A stretch of DNA of 64,000 nucleotides from Tubiluchus corallicola (lineage: Eukaryota > Animalia > Priapulida), in the NCBI GenBank assembly GCA_030141605.1, contig JAQGDQ010000024.1:682001-746000 (forward strand). The letters run 5' to 3'. The position numbers and the translations under genes are program-made. The notes beneath the pieces were generated by a model. It saw nothing but the letters and a program-made list of their open reading frames with translations, did not search any database and was not told the DNA's origin. Below, one piece after another: positions 56,647-64,000 of this stretch. The first letter of the stretch is position 1. Each line of letters starts with the position of its first letter.

Positions 56647-59600
56647 CTGAAACAAAGCAACACATCATGAATTCCAACTGAATTACAAAGAAAATTTTTT
56701 GCAGAGTTTTCACACAGTTTGGTCAAAAAGACTCAATGAACTTTTATAATGGAAAACCAACGCGTATTTCTGATAACAAAGTACTGATACTTCTGTTGAA
56801 AAAAGATCCAGTTTTAGTGCAAAATCAGAAGAGAAAATGGTCCTATTTTGGGGAAATCTTCAAAAACCTGCAACTGACTGCATGATATCAGATGGATGCG
56901 ATCAATTTTTTTTTGAAAACCTTCAAAAACCAAGTTTTGTATTTTAAGCACTGATTACAGGATGCCTAATAGAATTATGTACTTATGTACTAGAGTAGCC
57001 TCAATAGACCTACAAAACAGCATCCAACAGGATAAATCATTGCTATTGCTATACTATTTAATAAATAACAAAAAATATTGTTTATGCTGCCTGTCGTTAA
57101 GCTCAAAGGCTTGGAACAACGTCGAAGCAGACCTAGCTTAGCACAGCCACACTACTTATACCTTGGAGGAACCCATATTCCACTGATGATCACAAAATTA
57201 TGAAGAAGAATTATGCATAGCCACCATAATTACTCATTATTTTTTATGCTTGCAATCTTTGGAAAACAACTTATTTATTGAGTATAGAAATTGCACAAAT
57301 TCTCAAAGTAGTGCATGGTAATGACGCAGAACAATCTTCTACTTTATCATGATTAGCAAACACAGTTCAACACATGGCAGTCTACACATAAAAGATTAGT
57401 AGTTAAGCATTTTCCTTTTCATTTCATACTCAAACTGTGGAATAAAAACCCATGTTGTGGAATAAAAGTGTATTACACTACATTTTAAAATACATTCACA
57501 TTAAAATCTTTAAGCAAAATTCAAACAAAATACTCTTTTGTAAGAAGAAACATTTCAGTGCTGCACTGCACATCAATATACACAACTATTCACTGACAGT
57601 TTGTCTGCAGAAGTATACTTTGCATAAGCAAATTTTCTTAACACATTATGCTGGCATTGAGACATCATTATGCAAAAGCTACCCATTACTTCCCACCTCT
57701 AATGGCTGCGGCTTCATGCCACTGTCCCACCGACTTTCAAACACTTCCACATTGCAGGCATTATGTATTACAAATTCTTATCAATAATCTATTATCATAC
57801 TGAGCTCCCGCCTTTAGGAACACCCAGTGTTACGTAACCATGACAATTGAACCATTTATCGCCTGCACACATTACTTGCTAGGCACATGCTGCCACCTTT
57901 CGGTTAGGAATAAAACTGCAACACTTGATTTTGTTTGCTTAAAATCTGCTGAATACATAACTTAACATGACATTACAGCCTTGTAAAGCTATAGGCTGAT
58001 TTACATGGGCTCATTTTACGTAATTACGGGCGGAAAGAGTTAACACAGTAAAATGGAGATGTTTGAATATGTGGTGGTGAATTTCATTTAAAAGGAAAAA
58101 ATCTGCATGCATATTAATAGACGATGTTTGGACGGCAAACGAACAGAGACGCCATTTTATCGCGTTGAATTATTTCAATTGACTGTCATTGAACGCATGA
58201 TCGCTTGACACTCAAGCAAATTTACACAACTCACAAAAGAAATTTATAATGCAGTTAAATGCACATACCATGCTGTCTTTGACTTGTGAGGTTCAATAAC
58301 TTTGAATTAAATCAGGTATACAAGCCTACCGAGTTCTAGGCCTAAAAGCCATTGGATAGAGAATTTAACTAAGCTTCATCAAAAACGCAAGGCTTCCCTA
58401 TTCTTAAGTGTTTAGAGAAGTTTATTCGAGAGAAGTTAAAAATAAGAGTGTAATAAAAAGAAGAACTAGAAAAAGTACAAATAGTCGATGGTGCCTCTAT
58501 TGCTTTATAATAATCTTTTATTTATGAAGAAAAGTACGAAATGTTATTCTGGATAGCCACAGTGTAATTAGCGGCAGCTGAATTTGTCCTTTAAAAACTC
58601 CTTGGTCAGATTGTTTAATTCAAATGTAGGTACGTGAAACACTCAACCAGAATGAAATACTGTGCGAGAATGAGCTAATGAAGCCAGGTAAATCAACTGA
58701 ATATCCATTTACCACAAGTATGTTGTGATTTAGTCGCTTGCAAACAAGTACCACGTGTTTTGTTTTGACCTTTCCAAGGCCGCGGTGCACGTGGATGCGA
58801 CTGGCGCGCGACGGAGGCCGGAAGGATCTTGAAATGACCCACGCTAAACTGCAAGTCATATACGGTGCGACAATCTTTTCCTGTAAATGCATGTATCTAT
58901 TATTCATGGAACGAGAAAGACACAGGATAATAAAATCCACAACGAATCATTGTTCTATGTATGCATTCTCAGCGTATTGATTTCAGACGGTGAATTTTTA
59001 CCCTGCAAATAAGGCATGGCACTAATGAAAAGCTCGACTAATAACAGCAGCAGCCAGTATACGCAATTCTGCTTAATCAGTTCTACGGCACTAATTGCAA
59101 TCTGTCGCATCCACTTGCAGCTGGGGGGTGGGCTGGGCAGTGGTGAGAGGAGAACACGGGACAGCGGTGCCAAAATACATGTATGCCAAATATAAAAAAA
59201 TATGCGCGCCTAAATACTGAGCAAAAATAATGCGTAATAACCATGACAGTTCTAAACTGATTCCTAGGAAGACGCAAGGCGCCACAACGTTTTGCTGTGC
59301 AGTATGTGGCATTGTAATCAGTATACAAACATAGAAGTGAACAAATAAAAAATCAACTGCTCTGTATATTAATATTGTTGTAAACACAAAGACAGTCAGA
59401 TTTCTTACAGATACATAACATTTGTCGGTCAAATTTTGTCATCCAACAAGAATCACAGTCGCTTGAAAAGGTTGCTCACAATTTTCTAAGCATTTCGATG
59501 ATGCCGACGCTAGATTGCAGGACGAATTTCAGTGCATCTGTGATTCTGCATCTTAATTCATTACGTTTGTAACAGCAAAAAAGACTCTAATTCTTTACTT

Positions 59601-61952
59601 CTTTTTTATATGTACATTGAATCGCTTTTATAAACAAGAAAAAGAACCAAGAAATAAGCATACAAAAAAGAAGGCTCCGTAAAAGGCCATAATTATCTCT
59701 ACTAGCTATAATAATATAATAACCACATAATATCAAAATTGTATCCAACTTGCATCATTTAATATGACAGTGTATGCACTCATTTCAGCTTGGAATTCAA
59801 TACCGGATTATAAGGCACAATGAATTCTGATATCACCAACGGAAAGCTCCAACAACTGGCAAAATGGTTTCCTATATGCACTTAATACAAATATAAACCA
59901 TTTAATTACCATACGCCCGTTTTAAAGATTTCTAGCATTTTCGGAAAAGAGACATATGACCTCTAGCAGAGGGAAACCCAAGGAAGGGATTCAGCCTGCG
60001 AGTCACAAACTTTCAATGGACACGTGCTGATACGCAGAAAAATCGGGCAGAGAACTAACTGTTCAAAGGCGCAAACATTAATTAAGTACTACGAGAATCT
60101 TTGCTAGCAAAAATCAAAACAAAAAGCGCTTTTTAATAAAAAGCTGCAAGTTCTTAAGCGGATCATGCGCGGTACTGCGCATCCGATATACCAGACCGCC
60201 CCCTGGCAAAATGGCAGCGTTCCCTGCATCAGCTTCTATTAATTGCGATGCTGTATAAATTGGACAGCGATTAATTAGAGCCTGCGTCATCCACTATCAT
60301 GTTACTGACGCATTGTCGTAGAGACAGCTTCTTCTTGTACAGCAGAAGCTATAGAGATCATTAACAATGAGCTGTGTTTAATCTTATGCCGGCCTGTGCA
60401 ATAATTAATATTTGTGTTACTCAACATAATAACAGCGCTTTGGGGCGTCGCGTTTTGCCAACGCTTTCCCCACAGCAATGCTGGCACAGAAAAACTGCCA
60501 AATCTGAGAATTCCTCTGAAATGAGAAAGTGCAAAAAATGAGAAAAGACAAATTGCCTGGAAAAAACGTTTGCTATCTACTAGATTAACATTATTAACAC
60601 TTAGAATTAACGCGTCGTCCCTCCTACAATAACGGCAAATCAGGGCTAACTACCCTGACATGTATGTAATGAAGGTGTTTGCAAGCTGAATTATGAACAT
60701 TTTCTACTTTTAACCGCTTGAGAACCTACGTTGATAGTGGCACCTATGTTATAATGGCTCTATCTATACTGTTCTGCTGTAACTTAAACTATTCCTAAAT
60801 CTGGTTAAAATACAGCTATAACGATAGGAATTTCATTGAAAATCGGCACTTCCCTTAAGGGTACCTAAACTTTAATTTAAAATTGTAGGAACTTCTAAAA
60901 ACAATCTTACGCAGACATATTTATATCAATGTTTTAAAATGTTCTTTCACTGCAACTTGTACACATAATTCGAGTTGCCCACTCATTGTCAGCTAAAACT
61001 GAACACATCACCAATTATAATTGCTTTGGAAAATCAGCGCTCTAACTATTATGCGAAGAAATTTCTCTCGGCACCCCGTCAAACAGAATTAATCTGATGC
61101 TAATTTCGTCTTACAGCGCATTAGATAAAATCGATGCTTTAAACGCTCTTCCCACAGACTACATGATCAATTTGACAGTTTAATGTAAAAACTGCTCGCT
61201 AAAATAAACTACTTAATCAGTAGCAAATACTTCGCAAGAATGCCAGAAAAACCCACCTAAGTTACACAAGCATTTAAAGAGAAAACATACGAAACTGGCT
61301 TCAGCTCGAGTGTTCTTCGTATATTTTCCAATGAACAAAACTGGTACATAATCAAGAAACCATTTTGTTTAAAAAGAAGTTAAAAAGAAGAAGAACACAT
61401 GGAAAAGTGTTCACCAAAATATTAAAATCATATTGTAAATAACTTTCAGATATTACGGATCGTTACAATCTACATTCATCCTCAGCAAGTTTATTATTAA
61501 AATGTTCTGCTAACAGAAAAATATTTACATTCAAACGTCACCTGTCCATTTATTGAAACCCGCAAGTACATCAAACTAGAACCTGATTCGATTATACTGT
61601 GTGTTCTGTTGCGTATGTAGGTTCTACACAACAAGCATTATAATCACATGACTTACAAAATTACATTAACATTCTAATAATTACGCTAATAAGTAATAAT
61701 TACATCAACATTCTAATACTCAGTACTAATTCTCTAATTCTAATACTCTATATATGCAGTGAAGTTACTTACATGCACTGCATATATAGATATGAGTGCT
61801 ATGTTAAGAACAATCATAGGCATATTATTAAGTTGCTTTATTTTACCTGTAGCAATTTTTTCTGCGTACTATATATAATGAGTTCTTATAAACAACTTAA
61901 TACAATACCTGATTATAGACCTGATTACGTCAATACTGATAAAGTTATACAA

Positions 61953-62356
61953 TGTAGTGTTTGAAGACTGCCGTGTATTTGTGGGATTATAATTGTTCTC
62001 ATCAGTTGCTCGCGTCATCTCTAAGGACAGTGAAGGAAATTATAGTTGGACAGAGGCAGGACAATGCGCACGACAAATTACCTATCATTAACGATGTTTC
62101 CACATCGCCTGGGAGCGCACTGATAGCAGGTGAGATCCAGTATTAACACAGGTGTAATTAGAAAGTACTCATTCACGATATTCAGGTAATATACGTATCA
62201 TTACGGCTTCTTATTATCTCAATAACTCAGATCTATGGTGAGCTGCTCGCGCTCTGTCCACTGACGCAGTGTAATTGTTATATGGCTTCATTTGTTCTTA
62301 ATAATAAACAATTCGTATCTAATCAACTTCAGAATGAGGTTGATACATGTCTGACA
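61953..62356 (+). mobile_element. Possible solo LTR
   Basis: tgtagtg ... tgtctgaca (TG..CA) block of about 400 bp with internal AATAAA near 62302 and higher GC than its flanks. Flanks acaa / tcaa only partly match. Confidence 0.3.
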
Positions 62357-64000
62357 TCAAATTAAGTTTTCAATGTTGATGCGTTTTCATCTAAACCTAA
62401 AAGTAAATTTAGTAATGCTAGGACTAGTGTAAACTTATTTTAATAGAACAAGCTGTTTAAATCTCAGCGGACCTAATTTACTATTATATAATAGCTCTCG
62501 CCACGATGGCCCATTACATCGTGACTTCAATTCAAGATCGCTGCTCGCCTTTGGGCTTCATGAGCAACAGGTACTATAATGGCGAATGCAGAAGGTTTCA
62601 GAAAGGCAAGAATGGACAAGCAACAACTGTTACAATGGTGGATCCTCGAACAAGCTACAATAACTAGTAACATCTACTACAAAGATGGACTCAGCAACGA
62701 GGACTTTAGCAATGAACACGCGACAGGTAGAATGGTGGCGGATCCAGAGAACGGACTTCAGCGATATCATTTTATTGAGCAAGCAACAGGTACGACAATG
62801 GCAAGAAACAGAAAAGAAGGTGATGGCTTCACAAACATACAAGAAAAAGAGCAGTGCTGGATCAAAAGCGCAGACCTCAGCAACACAACAAAACCTGCAG
62901 TAAATGCAAAAGCGAATTCACTTCAATTCAATTTTTTAATGATCCGACATACGTATAAGAAAGAGGATCTGAAACTGAATGAAAGCAATTTTGTTATGAT
63001 ACATAATCTATACAAATGCAAATTTAAAAGTCGTCACAATTCAAAAGGCCCTGAACACTGTAGACAGCCAAAACATCGAGTAAAAAAATTTGAACCGATG
63101 TAAACTTAAACCTTATGTCTGTCAATTTAATGAGTAAATATGCGATTATCATCATATTCTGGAATTCACATCACCTTGTACAAGAGTACTAGGAAGATAT
63201 TTGTAAATGCTATTCAACAGCAGTACCCTTCCGCGTAAGCCATTTACAACAAAGCATTAGAAACGCATCAGCCCCCGTTTTTTCCATTGCAGACACAAGC
63301 AAACAAACGCAGGAAAAATATTATAAGTGTTACCACTCCTCAGACGTAGTTATAGATTTTCCATGTATAATTCTGCCGTCCCGGAATCGATCATCGTGGT
63401 AACCGGGCGATCACCCAACAGGAATCCGGTACCCGGCGTAGAGGGTGTTTGAATTAGAAAAAACGAGGCGGCTTCAGCACGGGAGTGCTGTAAGGTTGTC
63501 AACGTGAAGTGAGAGAAATGTGGTATGGAATTACTTCGCGAATCAATTTCAGGCCGATCATTTCCAAGTTAGGAAACGCGGAGTCTGGAATGTACCTGGA
63601 TGAGGGGCTGTTAGGTTCAATGACTAATTCGCTGCTCTTTGTAATTCCAAAAAAGGAAACCAGGGAGGGGAAAACTAACTCAAGTCAAGGAGTAAGCTCA
63701 GCAAATTCCTATGAACTCATTTATTTAACTCAATGATCTTTAGAATAGAATAAAATAGCAGTTTTGCCAGTGTTACTTGGATCGTTTGAAACAACGTTAG
63801 TTGGAGAAATTAGTTATAACAGCGTTTAATTAGTAGACAACTGACTCAAACTATTTACGATTACAGTTTAAGTGTTCGGTAATTTCACTTAGAAATTTAA
63901 TACACAAACCGAATACAATGACTTTTATAAAATCGTGAAAGTAAACACGTGTGGGCAATTTTTTGCAAGGAAGCCAGTGTCGTTTCGATCCACCAATGAA

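Noticed and set aside
56647-56713. N-terminal extension MKTLQKIFFVIQLEFMMCCFVS of the 209-aa ORF
   Set aside because: Intronic polypyrimidine tract upstream of the acceptor; not coding.
59148-59171. RE1/NRSE-like site (gaacacgggacagcgg); half sites also near 26308 and 63473
   Set aside because: Only one half matches (about 12/19), which is expected by chance.

Overview
AT-rich, intron-containing animal (invertebrate, probably spiralian; inference) genomic DNA with no prokaryotic features. Five protein-coding loci are visible. (1) A single-exon 1782-aa protein with about 26 widely spaced C2H2 zinc fingers (3328-8676, -), carrying a histone H3K9-like KNTARKS motif next to a CtBP-binding PLDLS motif. 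(2) An 858-aa partial paralog (23615-26191, -) that keeps only fingers 1-7 behind a different low-complexity N-terminus. (3,4) Two intact tandem 10-exon SLC22 (organic ion transporter, MFS) genes (34130-44064 and 45382-52490, +) that differ at the TM11 charge-selectivity residue (Arg vs Gly) and at one splice donor (GT vs GC). (5) The last coding exon of a zfh2/ZFHX3/4-like gene (56084-56646, -), whose putative 2.8-kb 3'UTR holds seed sites for all three let-7-cluster miRNAs. Intergenic DNA and introns contain many decayed mobile elements: hAT-type and Tc1 MITEs, a 700-bp foldback, Helentron-like, Academ-like, Penelope-like (with a decayed hammerhead motif), RTE and L2/CR1 fragments. Exon boundaries were read by eye from splice consensus and frame continuity. 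Family assignments rest on motif recognition, not database searches.
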